A program made the position numbers and the translations under genes. Under the pieces are notes generated by a model that had not been told where the DNA came from, did not search any database, and worked only from the letters and a program-made list of their open reading frames with translations. A stretch of DNA of 64,000 nt from Candidatus Poribacteria bacterium (GTDB lineage Bacteria; Poribacteria; WGA-4E; WGA-3G): contig CBDANF010000003.1 in assembly GCA_965197475.1 (NCBI GenBank), positions 2,925,971 through 2,989,970 of the forward strand, in the 5' to 3' direction. This document shows positions 46,100 through 56,014 of this stretch, in pieces (the first letter of the stretch is position 1; every line of letters starts with the position of its first letter).

Positions 46100-49006
46100 C
46101 TACTCCGCATCTAATTCAACCTTAGACTTCTTCCCACCGTGGATACTCGGCTCTTGACACAACATTTTCCGAAGTAGATCAAGCCCTTCATGCACATCCG
46201 GACGTTCCGATTCCGTGATACCGAGTACATCTGATAACAACAACCGATCAAGTTCATGACGCACCGAATCCTCATCCATCTGATTAAATGGTAACATCTT
46301 CTTATGTTTAAGTTGATTGAAAATCCGCTCCGCATTTGCCAATGCATCATCAGAGAGTTCTCGTACATCTAACGTAGGCATAGCATCAAAAGTGGCTCGA
46401 CTCAGAACACCCCTTCCGTGCTGTTGCTTACCGCTCTGATACCAGTGACAGAGTAAGCCAAACGTTGAGTTGCACCACAACGTCCATACATACTCATGAA
46501 TTTTGTTATCAAAAAAGACATTCGGAAGTTTATTTACGCCAATAGTATCTTGTTCGGTAAACATCACTGCTAACGAATTCGCATTAAACCGTAACTCCAT
46601 GTTGTAATGCACCCGACTATTGAATCTCATTATATTCTTAACTTTTTCCGCTGAATTTAAGCGAGGCTGTGCGTGAGCATTTGGTGCAACAATCATCGCT
46701 CGTTGTACATCAGTTTCTACATGCCATAAGCATGGATACATCACAGTATCAGAGCATCCCTTTTCAATATCAAATGCCCCCCTGCCACCGCCGCCTCTTA
46801 TGTCTTTGGTACCAATTCCTAACGTCGCAATTTCTGAAACACGCCGTATAGTGAGTTGAATATCTGCAGTTTGTCGAGGGATGCGTATTAACCCTTTAGC
46901 AAGATAATGTGCAGACTGAACAACCCCCATGTCATTAACACAAGAAAGAGGCCATCCTGCATCACTTTGAACAATAGGCACTGAGATCACATATCCAATA
47001 ACCTCCTTCCCTATGCGGATCGGGTCACCGCCGCTTAGTGTATCATCATCCAATTGGCGGACATCTTTCAACTTGTGGAGACCATTTGCGATTTCCAACG
47101 CTTCTAACTCTCCATTAGGACAACGCTTGAGGCAAACAAATTTACCGCCTCCCGTATTTTTGCGTTTACCTTTCTTCGCAACAATGAGACACTCTGCCAT
47201 CTCCGTATCCGCAGAAAAGGAACACTCCTCAATATTTTCATGTGCGATAGTAATGACAAGAACATCATGATACTCCGCTGCCCACAGCTTTCTTACCTTT
47301 TGCCAACTACTGCCAGTAATAGCCGTGGCAGGTAGCACAAATGCCATTGTGCCGTTAGGTCTTAGCATCCTATCGGCAAGATCGACAAAGTCAACACCCT
47401 CCCCAGGATTGTTGCCTGAAAGCCGCCGGCCTTGTGCTTTACGTGACGCTCGCATCGCCGCCGCTTCCTTTTTGTCTGCGAAAATACTCTTGGGAACGTT
47501 AGAGTTTCCATCAGCACCTGCCCGAGTATAGGGCGGATTCTGAATAACGATGTCAAATTCACTATGTCTGAAAGTATCTCTCATGTCAGTAATTTCTGTA
47601 CCTTGTCCCGTGGCGGTTTCCGTTGTGTCAAGGGTCAATGGGAGCGTACCTGATGGATCACTGAGTAAGTTGAGAGCACCGATGGCATAAAGTCCGTCGG
47701 CGCGTGGCGTGCCGTAGGGCATTGTGTGAATACGTGTGCCACCGATGCGGACATCTGGGTAGGTGCTGGCAATAATAGAGGCTGTCAGATGCGCAGCATT
47801 CGGTAGAATGTCACACCCTACAAGATTATTCTCCATCATATATTGATGGATGGTTTCCCCTTTGCCGCCTGCTTGCTCATAGAGCATCAGCAGCCTTTGA
47901 TATACTCCGTTGAGGAGTGAACCGGTGCCGCAGGCGAAATCTGCAATTTTCAGTTTTTTTGGATCGCGGTTGAGTTCTGGTAACGCAAGGGCACAGAGCA
48001 GTGCAGAAGATTCGGGGCGGGTATAGTTCGCTTTAATAATTTTCCTATTGTCAATGAGTTTCTGGAACACAATTCCTGCAAGTTCATGTTCTTGTGCAAG
48101 TCCCATCTTTTCTAATTCGCGGGCGGTATCTCTTAGCACACTCAAAATCCCACCGACAAGTTTATCATCGGCGGCGAGCGTCTCTACAATATTGTAGGCA
48201 ACGTTGAAAATCGGGGCATAGTTAACCTTTTGGATTTCTCGCCATGCGCGGAGGATTTCGTCTGAATCAAGTTGTCCATATTCTGCGGTGAGTTCACTGA
48301 GTGATGGCACGTTTTCTAAATCTGGTTTGCGCGCAAGGGAACTCTGAAATACAAGAGCATTGCTGATGATCAACATCGCCATCTGCGTTGTTTGGTCGCC
48401 TGGTTCCTGGACAAGGAGTTCACCTATTTTTTTGCCAATGTGGGGTCGGTGTTCAATTGCGCTATTGACGATAACAGCAGCACGATGGATGCCGTTTTCC
48501 AGCACTTTGGCTGCTTGTTCAATTTTGGTGATGGGTGTAGCACCAATGCGAATTGCGGTTGCGATGTCGGCGATACTGCCGTGAAGCCACCCTTTTTTCG
48601 GGAATCGCTGTGGATCATCAAGATTAAGAAGGAGATACGCGAAGTCTTTTGAGACTTCAAGGTTTTCACTAATCTCGTCGCGTGGCATTGAGCGGAATCT
48701 GTGTGGGATGCGGATTACCATTGCACTGGTAAGTTTCTCCTGTGTCATCGCGAGTGTCTTACCTAAGTACTGTTCACGTGCCTGCTTTTCGCCTGTTTCA
48801 TTGGGACCGCGCTTGTAGTCAATTTTTACCTCAACTCCCATTGGGTAACGTTCGACTGTGCGGATAATCGCATCGGGTTTCTTTTGATTTTCGACAAGTG
48901 GTTGCGTTGTCTGCTCGTAAATTTTCCATGTGGCACTCATCGGCATCAAAATTTCGACGAGTAGGGTGGTAATAGTGTTTTCGCTATTAGTATATTGGTG
49001 GTTCAT
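46100..49006 (-). CDS. Type IIG/IIL-like fused restriction-modification enzyme (PD-ExK + gamma-class N6-adenine MTase + TRD)
   Basis: 968 aa. KPDAIIRTVERYPMGVEVK (D...EVK), SAM motif I DFACGTGSLL, motif IV IVIQNPPYTRA, and a ~450-aa C-terminal region. No separate R or S gene is nearby. Confidence 0.65.
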   Translation of the reverse strand: MNHQYTNSENTITTLLVEILMPMSATWKIYEQTTQPLVENQKKPDAIIRTVERYPMGVEVKIDYKRGPNETGEKQAREQYLGKTLAMTQEKLTSAMVIRIPHRFRSMPRDEISENLEVSKDFAYLLLNLDDPQRFPKKGWLHGSIADIATAIRIGATPITKIEQAAKVLENGIHRAAVIVNSAIEHRPHIGKKIGELLVQEPGDQTTQMAMLIISNALVFQSSLARKPDLENVPSLSELTAEYGQLDSDEILRAWREIQKVNYAPIFNVAYNIVETLAADDKLVGGILSVLRDTARELEKMGLAQEHELAGIVFQKLIDNRKIIKANYTRPESSALLCALALPELNRDPKKLKIADFACGTGSLLNGVYQRLLMLYEQAGGKGETIHQYMMENNLVGCDILPNAAHLTASIIASTYPDVRIGGTRIHTMPYGTPRADGLYAIGALNLLSDPSGTLPLTLDTTETATGQGTEITDMRDTFRHSEFDIVIQNPPYTRAGADGNSNVPKSIFADKKEAAAMRASRKAQGRRLSGNNPGEGVDFVDLADRMLRPNGTMAFVLPATAITGSSWQKVRKLWAAEYHDVLVITIAHENIEECSFSADTEMAECLIVAKKGKRKNTGGGKFVCLKRCPNGELEALEIANGLHKLKDVRQLDDDTLSGGDPIRIGKEVIGYVISVPIVQSDAGWPLSCVNDMGVVQSAHYLAKGLIRIPRQTADIQLTIRRVSEIATLGIGTKDIRGGGGRGAFDIEKGCSDTVMYPCLWHVETDVQRAMIVAPNAHAQPRLNSAEKVKNIMRFNSRVHYNMELRFNANSLAVMFTEQDTIGVNKLPNVFFDNKIHEYVWTLWCNSTFGLLCHWYQSGKQQHGRGVLSRATFDAMPTLDVRELSDDALANAERIFNQLKHKKMLPFNQMDEDSVRHELDRLLLSDVLGITESERPDVHEGLDLLRKMLCQEPSIHGGKKSKVELDAE

Positions 49007-49122
49007 GCTTTTCCTTAACTTTGGTTATGAGATCGCTTTTATTTGATTTCATTATAGCACGTTGGTAAATAGGTGTCAATTGAGAATTGACATGTTTCAG
49101 ATTATGAAGTATACTCAATTAC

Positions 49123-49767
49123 ATGAAGTCAAAAACACAACGCGAACGCGGCATCATAGTCGGAATAACAGGCGGCATTGCCTGCGGAAAAACAACCGTC
49201 TCTGAACTTCTGGCAGAAAAAGGTGCAATTCCGATTAACGCCGACGAAATCGGACATCAACTCCTCAAAGCAGATAGTCCCGTTATTGGTGAACTTGTTG
49301 ACACATTTGGACAGGAAATCCTTGAAGAATCAGGGGATGTCAACAGGAAAAAATTGGGCGCAATCGTTTTCAAAGACAAAACAGTGCGTGAGCGATTGAA
49401 TGCCATTCTACATCCGTTAATTATCCAACGTTCCCGCACTCGCGCCCACAAATTTGTGATGGAAGACCCATCATGCGTTGTGCTACTTGACGCACCGCTC
49501 CTAATTGAAGCTGGGGCTTACGATTCTGTCGATCTGATAGTCGTTGTAACTGCCTCGCCAGAAACGCAATTGCAACGGACATTAGAACGTAGCAGAGCAC
49601 AGAACCGTCCACTCACCGAAAGCGAAGCACAAGCACGTATCAACTCACAGATGCCAGTGTCAGAAAAGGTTAAATATGCAGATGTTGTTATAGAGAATGA
49701 CGGAACACTTGAAGAACTAAATAGACAGGTTGAAGAACTGTGGCAGCAACTTCAGACACGTTTATGA
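49123..49767 (+). CDS. coaE: Dephospho-CoA kinase
   Basis: P-loop GITGGIACGKTT and the typical length of 214 aa. Confidence 0.9.
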   Translation: MKSKTQRERGIIVGITGGIACGKTTVSELLAEKGAIPINADEIGHQLLKADSPVIGELVDTFGQEILEESGDVNRKKLGAIVFKDKTVRERLNAILHPLIIQRSRTRAHKFVMEDPSCVVLLDAPLLIEAGAYDSVDLIVVVTASPETQLQRTLERSRAQNRPLTESEAQARINSQMPVSEKVKYADVVIENDGTLEELNRQVEELWQQLQTRL

Positions 49768-50853
49768 ATCGTGCCAAAGCAGATTGATAGCATTTGCCTT
49801 GATAACGCAGTAGACTTCCTTTCCCTCACATAATTGGAGTTGTTCACACGCTTCATGCGTAATTTTCACTGAAAGGCGATGCGTTTCAACCAGAATAGAC
49901 AACACTGTTTTATCTCCGACAACATCAACCTGATCAATCGTTCCCTTCAACATGTTACGCGCGCTGATTGGCAGATTGGGTTCAAGCGAAACGATAATAT
50001 CTTCTGCCCGAATGGCGATTGGGACTTCTTTTCCGATCTCCGTATCTATGTAAGGGATAACGAGGCACTGAGACCCTATTTCTAATTCAGTTATACCTCT
50101 ATGTTTATCTGAATTTGCAACGGGTAAAGACAATATGTTTTCTACACCTGTCAAGTTTGCAATCGGTAAAGCAGAAGGCGCAGTTAGCAGTTGATAAGGT
50201 TCTCCACTTGCTGTAATCTTTCCATCAGAAAGTAAAAAAGCCTCATCAGCGAGTGCCATCGCTTCTGATATAGCATGAGTTACGTAAAGTATAGGTATCT
50301 CATAAGCGTTCTTAATGTGATGCAGATACGGAATAATTCGACTTTTCAATCCACCGTCAAGCGAAGCAAGTGGTTCATCCATGAGAAGTAGGCGGGGCTC
50401 CATAGCAAGCGCACGTGCAATTGCAACCCGTTGACGCTGTCCGCCAGAGAGTTGTTTTGGATATCGTTCAAGCAGCTCCGATATTTCGAGAATGTCAAGC
50501 ACTCGGGAAATGCTTTTCAGATTTTTGCGCATGTTTCGTGGCTGCCCGTAACGGATGTTCTGGGCAACGGTGAGATGCGGAAAAAGATATCCCTCTTGAA
50601 ACACATAGCCGAAACGACGTTTTTCTGGCGGCACATTAACTCTTGGATCAGAGGTGTAAAGTGCTTCATCTCTGAATACAATCTCACCATCGTCAGGACA
50701 CAGCGTTCCGCTGATGCAGTTGAGGAGCGTACTTTTTCCACTGCCAGACGCACCTAAAAAAGCGGTAACCTTCTTTTCAAGCGTGCAATTGAGTTCTAAC
50801 GTAAAACTACCGAGGCGTTTACGAAAGTTGAGTGAGATTTTGGTGTTATCTGT
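49762..50853 (-). CDS. modC: Molybdate ABC transporter ATP-binding protein with C-terminal TOBE/Mop domain
   Basis: Walker A GASGSGKST, signature LSGGQRQRVAIARAL, Walker B LLLMDEP, and a C-terminal TOBE-like region. The start was chosen at MTDNTK; the ORF track begins 48 nt earlier. Confidence 0.85.
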   Translation of the reverse strand, partial: TDNTKISLNFRKRLGSFTLELNCTLEKKVTAFLGASGSGKSTLLNCISGTLCPDDGEIVFRDEALYTSDPRVNVPPEKRRFGYVFQEGYLFPHLTVAQNIRYGQPRNMRKNLKSISRVLDILEISELLERYPKQLSGGQRQRVAIARALAMEPRLLLMDEPLASLDGGLKSRIIPYLHHIKNAYEIPILYVTHAISEAMALADEAFLLSDGKITASGEPYQLLTAPSALPIANLTGVENILSLPVANSDKHRGITELEIGSQCLVIPYIDTEIGKEVPIAIRAEDIIVSLEPNLPISARNMLKGTIDQVDVVGDKTVLSILVETHRLSVKITHEACEQLQLCEGKEVYCVIKANAINLLWHDS

Positions 50854-50939
50854 CATAGCGTTTTTGAACATTCCATTATGTCGTTTGCCACTCCAATACA
50901 AACCGATAAGTTTTCTGAATTAAAGTTGCTTTAAACGTT

Positions 50940-51263
50940 TTATTCAAATCCGCCGCCATCAAAGCCATCGCCGCCATCAAAACCGCCACCGTCGAATCCG
51001 CCATCATTTCCACCATCAAATCCTCCGGAATCTGTATCAGCAGACAAGTCACCTTGGTCGTCATTATCTAACATTTCACCTAAGACAATACCAGTTAAAA
51101 GCATATCTTCTACATCATCACCAGTATCAAGACTATCAGCATGATCATCACGCTGCCGTTTTCGCCTTTGTGATCGATCGTTTTTTGAACGCCGAGCCAA
51201 ATTCCAGATGAGCAGCAGTAATATGCCACCACCAATTAAAATTAATAGTATTTCCAGAGTCAT
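50940..51263 (-). CDS. Small membrane-anchored Asp/Gly-repeat protein
   Basis: 107 aa. TM helix LEILLILIGGGILLLLIW, basic patch RRSKNDRSQRRKRQR, acidic region, and C-terminal GGFDGGNDGGFDGGGFDGGDGFDGGGFE. Confidence 0.5.
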   Translation of the reverse strand: MTLEILLILIGGGILLLLIWNLARRSKNDRSQRRKRQRDDHADSLDTGDDVEDMLLTGIVLGEMLDNDDQGDLSADTDSGGFDGGNDGGFDGGGFDGGDGFDGGGFE

Positions 51264-51356
51264 AATTTATTCTCCGTTATGTGTATAAAAATATAGACAT
51301 TTTTCGCCTTAACTACTGAAGTTTATATCGGGAAAATTCAAGGCGATGATCGAGAA

Positions 51357-52028
51357 CTAATCATACCTTAGGGTGAAACGTTCTGTTAACCAAATCGCAA
51401 CAAATGCAAGCACAGTTGAAATAAACACCAACCGATAGACCGTTGCGTCTGCTCCTTGTTGTACAGCACTAAAGATTGACAAAGCCATCGTCTGCGTTTT
51501 ACCGGGGATATTTCCGGCTACCATGATGGTAGCCCCAAACTCACCGAGGCTTTTCGAAAAACCGAGAATTGTTCCCCCAATAATTCCACGATATGCGAGC
51601 GGAAATGTAATCGTCCAGAAGACCTTAAATGGTGATGCACCAAGTGTTCGGGCAGCATTTTCAAGTTCAGATGGCACAGATGCCATTCCAGTTATGATAC
51701 CCCGTACCAATAAAGGAAACGAGATAATCGAAACGGCAATTACAACAGCGAAAGGTGAAAAAACGAGCTCTAAATTGAAGACGTTAAATAAAAATCCTCC
51801 AATGAGTCCGTTTTTACTAAAGAGAATAAGGAGCAAATACCCACTCACCACAGGCGGTAGCACCAATGGTAACATGACGAACGTATTGAGGATACTTTTA
51901 CCAGGAAATTTCCGTTTTGCAAGTAGCCAACCCACCAACAGTCCTGGCGGAAACATTACGATCAGACTCAACAACGCAACTTTTATAGATAGAATAAGGG
52001 CGGTGATTTCGGCGGGTGTTATCCTCAT
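51357..52028 (-). CDS. modB: Molybdate ABC transporter permease
   Basis: 223 aa with five or six TM segments and EAA-loop-like ELENAARTLGASPFKVFWTITFP. Overlaps modA by 4 nt. Confidence 0.9.
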   Translation of the reverse strand: MRITPAEITALILSIKVALLSLIVMFPPGLLVGWLLAKRKFPGKSILNTFVMLPLVLPPVVSGYLLLILFSKNGLIGGFLFNVFNLELVFSPFAVVIAVSIISFPLLVRGIITGMASVPSELENAARTLGASPFKVFWTITFPLAYRGIIGGTILGFSKSLGEFGATIMVAGNIPGKTQTMALSIFSAVQQGADATVYRLVFISTVLAFVAIWLTERFTLRYD

Positions 52029-52870
52029 TGTAATGTGTCAGGCGCACTCTGTTGTGCCGAAGTAGATGATAGGCAGGTAAATCCGTGCTTTTCAAATATC
52101 TCGGTAGCACGGTGTTTTTTCAGATACGCGATAAACTGTTGTGCTAAATGTTTCTGATCGCTGTCCTTTAGAACAACAGCAGGATAGACTATAGATGTAT
52201 GCACATCAGCCGGAAATCGGTAAAGAACTTTGACCTCATTACTAACTGTGGTATCAGTTTCATATACAACCGCCAGGTCTACATTTCCTGTGGAAACATA
52301 GGCGAGCGTCGCACGTACGTCAGTTCCAAAGATTAACTTTGGTTGTAACTTATTCCACAAGTCAAAATGAATTAAAGCCTCTTTCACATACGTGCCAGCA
52401 GGTACAATTTCCGGCTGTCCAATTGCAATTCTCGAAACAGCAGCATCGCAAAGCTTATCAACAGTTTCCACGGATAAAGCTGAGTTTTTATGAGAAACAA
52501 GGACTAACCGATTCGCTAAAATATCGGATCTACTTCTATCTTCAAGTAAGCCGAGGGTTTCAAGGGCATCAACCTGTATTGGACTCGCAGAAATGAAGAT
52601 ATCTGCTGATGCACCTTTTTCAATTTGACGTTGTAGGATTAAAGAAGCAGCGAAATTGTAATAGACCCTAACATTGTTTTTTGCCGAAAACTGCTCCCCG
52701 ATTTCAGTGAGAGCATTTGTTAAACTCATCGCAGCAAATACGTCTAATTCGCTACGTTTCTGTTTATCTGTTGCGCATCCCAAAAACCCAACGCCAATAA
52801 GTAGAATAACGAGTAGATTACAGACTATCCCAATCCAACGCATGAATTTCCAACTCAAAGCAGATTTCAT
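52025..52870 (-). CDS. modA: Molybdate ABC transporter substrate-binding lipoprotein
   Basis: Start chosen at MKSALSWKF. Lipobox FLGC. The 16 extra N-terminal codons in the ORF track read through a MITE terminal-repeat copy. Confidence 0.85.
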   Translation of the reverse strand: MKSALSWKFMRWIGIVCNLLVILLIGVGFLGCATDKQKRSELDVFAAMSLTNALTEIGEQFSAKNNVRVYYNFAASLILQRQIEKGASADIFISASPIQVDALETLGLLEDRSRSDILANRLVLVSHKNSALSVETVDKLCDAAVSRIAIGQPEIVPAGTYVKEALIHFDLWNKLQPKLIFGTDVRATLAYVSTGNVDLAVVYETDTTVSNEVKVLYRFPADVHTSIVYPAVVLKDSDQKHLAQQFIAYLKKHRATEIFEKHGFTCLSSTSAQQSAPDTLQ

Positions 52871-52895
52871 TCCAAAGAGTATAGCAGATATAGTA

Positions 52896-52914
52896 GGGTG
52901 TGTAAAGTTTTTGT
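52896..52914. repeat. Solo copy of the MITE terminal repeat
   Basis: GGGTGTGTAAAGTTTTTGT is identical to 35944-35962. No partner repeat was found nearby. An IS5-family element starts ~100 bp away. Confidence 0.45.
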
Positions 52915-53012
52915 ACAAATATGAATTGAAGAGATGTTACGAGGTATGCCGAAAAATAGTATCCTTTCCTAAAACTACCATTTATTAGAGAGGATACCAA
53001 TGTTTAATATAT

Positions 53013-54021
53013 TATGAACTCATAGCGAGTAAGAGCTAAGCATCGTTGAAAGTTCTCCGAAAGTTTATCATTGAATATGCTAAATTACGAAAACCTAAAC
53101 GGGTTTCTTTGAGTTTATCATAACTAAGGGCGAGTTTCCGATAAGTCCCTTGCCAACCCAAGGTTCGCTCCACTTTATATCGGTCTTTGTCCATTTCTTT
53201 GTTAAACCACCGGAACGGACGGGCAATTACAATAGGTTCTTTGGCATTCCGCCGGTTCGGATAGATCACCGGGAGCAGCCCGTGTTGTTTGATAATCTTA
53301 TGATTCTTTTTGGAATCAAAACCGGAGTCCAGTGTTAGAGCAGAAGCATTGAGGTCCATTCCAATACGATTAGCAAAGGCGATAAGATCGGTGAGTGTTT
53401 CGGGCAAAATCTTTGTATGATGTTGGTTGACAGGTTTGATGGTTATCGGGCTGATGATGAACCCCTGATTGTCAGTGATGGTCAACTCTTTTTCACCTTT
53501 TTGATGTTTGTGGCCTGAATAACCGATGTTGTCACTCCTTTTTTCACGACGGTATTTGACCCATCTCCATGAGTTGAGAGGTGTCAAGTTAGTCGGTGTC
53601 AAACAGGTGTATCACTGATGCCTCAAAAAGTTTCTGATACGAGCCATCTTTTGACCACTGATTATGCCATTTATAGATATTAGACCAATGGAGTTCAGGA
53701 TGCCGGGTTCGGAGTTGATCCCATTGAATACCCGTATGTAAAACATAGAGGATATAGTTGAATATCTTGTCCAAGGAGAGTTTCGGTTTCGGGCTTTTGA
53801 CTCGTTTCGCTAAATGTGGTAAGATATAACGATTGAAATCTTTACGGGAAACCTGTTTGGGAATACAGTTGTATTTTGGTGATTTTTGAGCCTCGTTTGC
53901 CATAATAACACCTTTCATAAAGTAAAGCGGTATCTGAAGTGGAAAGAATGGGACATAAATTATACCCTTTTCTTTCCCTATTTTACCACATCCTTATGTT
54001 TTACTCAATATGACTTCATAC
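53013..54021 (-). mobile_element. IS5-family insertion sequence (~1 kb), IS427/IS1031-like two-ORF type
   Basis: Imperfect terminal inverted repeats TATGAACTCATAGCGAGTAAGAGCTAAG (53013-53040) and CTTATGTTTTACTCAATATGACTTCATA (53993-54020). No unambiguous TSD. Confidence 0.8.
53036..53918 (-). CDS. IS5-family DDE transposase in two overlapping frames (orfA 53589-53918, orfB 53036-53602)
   Basis: orfA has YILYVLHTGIQWDQL...WSKDGSY. orfB has GYSGHKHQKGEKE...LDSGFDS...YKVERTLGW. The frames overlap by 14 nt. Confidence 0.8.
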
Positions 54022-54110
54022 GAAAATATTGGTTTGATGTCAAGAAAAATGGAAGTTAGATATCTGGGTAAACTACAAACCTTGCCCTAATATGTTCATT
54101 CCCTAAAGGT

Positions 54111-54704
54111 TTTACTCAGTGAATGTGACGCGCTCGTATATTTCCTGCAAAGGCAATTCGCACTGAATTGCGGTAAGCGGAAGTTGCTGCTCAAGTTCTT
54201 GAAAAAAGGTATAAGTCCATTCATCCTGTTTGCGGAGGTAGCGTTCACCCTGTCCTGGGAAACAAGGATGTATTCTTTCAAGGATTGGAGCTGTAGATAA
54301 TGTGATAATTTTTCACCTCTGTCATACGTTTCGGTTGTGGGAGAGAGCACCTCTACGATGACAATTGGGTTGAGAAGCGTGTCAAACTCATCATCTTCAA
54401 AGCGGGGTTCCTCACAGACAACAATATCAGGATAAAAGTAGCACTTTGCCGAGGGAATACTGACACGCATTTCGTTCATTAGGACTTCACACTTGCTACT
54501 TTTCAGTTTGCCGTGGAGTTCAGCAGCAATATTACCTGTAATAAGATTGTGTGCACGGTTAGAGCCGCCCATTCCAATTACTTTACCATTGAGATATTCA
54601 CTTCTGACTGTGTTAGCGTCAGGGATTGCTTTACGTTCTAAAGTGATATTCTTCTGGTGTGAGGTATGTTTGTGCTGCCCTTGTTGCCATGATTTCCTCC
54701 GCAT
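54111..54704 (-). pseudogene. Uma2-family (DUF820) endonuclease with an apparent 1-nt frameshift
   Basis: The Uma2 core reads YPDIVVCEE...NPIVIVEVLSPTTETYDRGEKLSHYLQL. After ILVSQDRV the expected tail ERYLRKQDEWTYTFFQELEQQLPLTAIQCELPLQEIYERVTFTE is in another frame, with the switch near 54241-54256. Confidence 0.7.
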
Positions 54705-54766
54705 ATTTACTGATAATTCTATTATAGCGGAACTACGCGGGATGTCAAGATTTTATGTGGAGTTCG

Positions 54767-55893
54767 CTAATCTCTAAAGAGATTCAGGTATTTCTCAAGG
54801 ACAAAGAGACGATTTCGGGAATGTCCTGTGATTTCCTTTAGTATGTCAAGTTCTGTCAAGGATTTTAGTAGGCGATTAGCACTTGAGAAATCCATATCTA
54901 ATCTATTTCCAACCGATCTCACGTTAGCAATTGGTTTAGCGTACATAAGGTGAAGTAGTTTGTGTGCATTTTTTGCCCGAGAACCTAAAGTTAGTATTTT
55001 TGCTTCATATTCTTCCCTGAGTGCAATAATCGCCTTGAATGTTTCAAGTCCATGCTGAGCAGTTTCAGCGATTCCATTTAGGAAAAATATAATCCATTGC
55101 TCTAAATCATTTGATGAGCGAACCGTAGTGAGCGATTCATAGTATGAATCTCTATTTTTCTCAAAAAAGGTGGACATGTAGAGTACCGGTTTCCTCAGTA
55201 TATTTGCACTAATGAGTTGCAAGATAATTAACAACCTTCCGCATCTGCCGTTTCCATCAAGGAAAGGGTGAATGGTTTCAAACTGATAATGTGTTATAGC
55301 GATTTTAATCAGTTCTGGTATATGTAAGGATTTATTGTGCATAAATTTTTCTAGATCACTTAAGAGATCCGGTAGTTTTGCAGCAGAAGGTGGTACAAAA
55401 ATTGCGTCAGCGAGCGATGAACCACCAATCCGATTCTGACCTTTACGAATTTCCCCGGGCCCCCTATTTTTTCCACGAACACCAGAGAGTAGTATTTTAT
55501 GAGTTTCCTTGAGAAGTCGCATTGAAAGTGGGATTTTTGGAAGTTCAGCTATCGCAAAATTCATGGCTCCAACATAGTTTTGGACTTCTTCCCAATCATC
55601 CCGTCTTTCCGGATCAATTTCTTCTTGAGGTAAAACAACTTCATCAAGTTCAGTTTTGGTGCCTTCAATTCTAGTAGAGTCTCTTGCTTCTTTTAGAACA
55701 TTCATTTTGATGAAAAAATCGACATCCGGTACAAAATCTGCATAGGCGTTGAGTTCCCTAAAAGTCTCCCCGCATGTTCTAAAAGAACATCTATCTGAGG
55801 GTTTTCCCAAGCAATATAACGGTTTACTGAGAAAGGTGTAAAACTTTTATATCCTCCTTGCTGCTTATATGTGCCCGCTATAAAGTTTTTCAT
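54767..55893 (-). pseudogene. Fic/DOC-family protein (AMPylase-type) with an apparent 1-nt frameshift
   Basis: Fic motif [14 protein letters not shown]. The N-terminal [18 protein letters not shown]...[10 protein letters not shown] is in a different frame from [15 protein letters not shown], with the switch at the CCC/GGG run 55756-55758. Confidence 0.8.
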
Positions 55894-56014
55894 ACTATGT
55901 TTTATCCTATTTTTGACAATACAGAATTCCATATTATCATTTTTTTGTATTTTTGACAATATAAAATTCTAAATTGTCAATCAGTGCAAATATACCGATT
56001 TTGAAAGCACGTTT

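Noticed and set aside
52871-52918. A 16-codon N-terminal extension of modA (MYKNFTHPT...).
   Set aside because: These codons are the reverse complement of the MITE terminal repeat. The downstream Met gives a proper lipoprotein signal (FLGC).
53589-53602. Whether the IS5-family orfA/orfB overlap is a programmed -1 frameshift site.
   Set aside because: There is no obvious slippery heptamer (A AAA AAG type) in the 14-nt overlap. I cannot distinguish programmed frameshifting from a mutational break using sequence alone.
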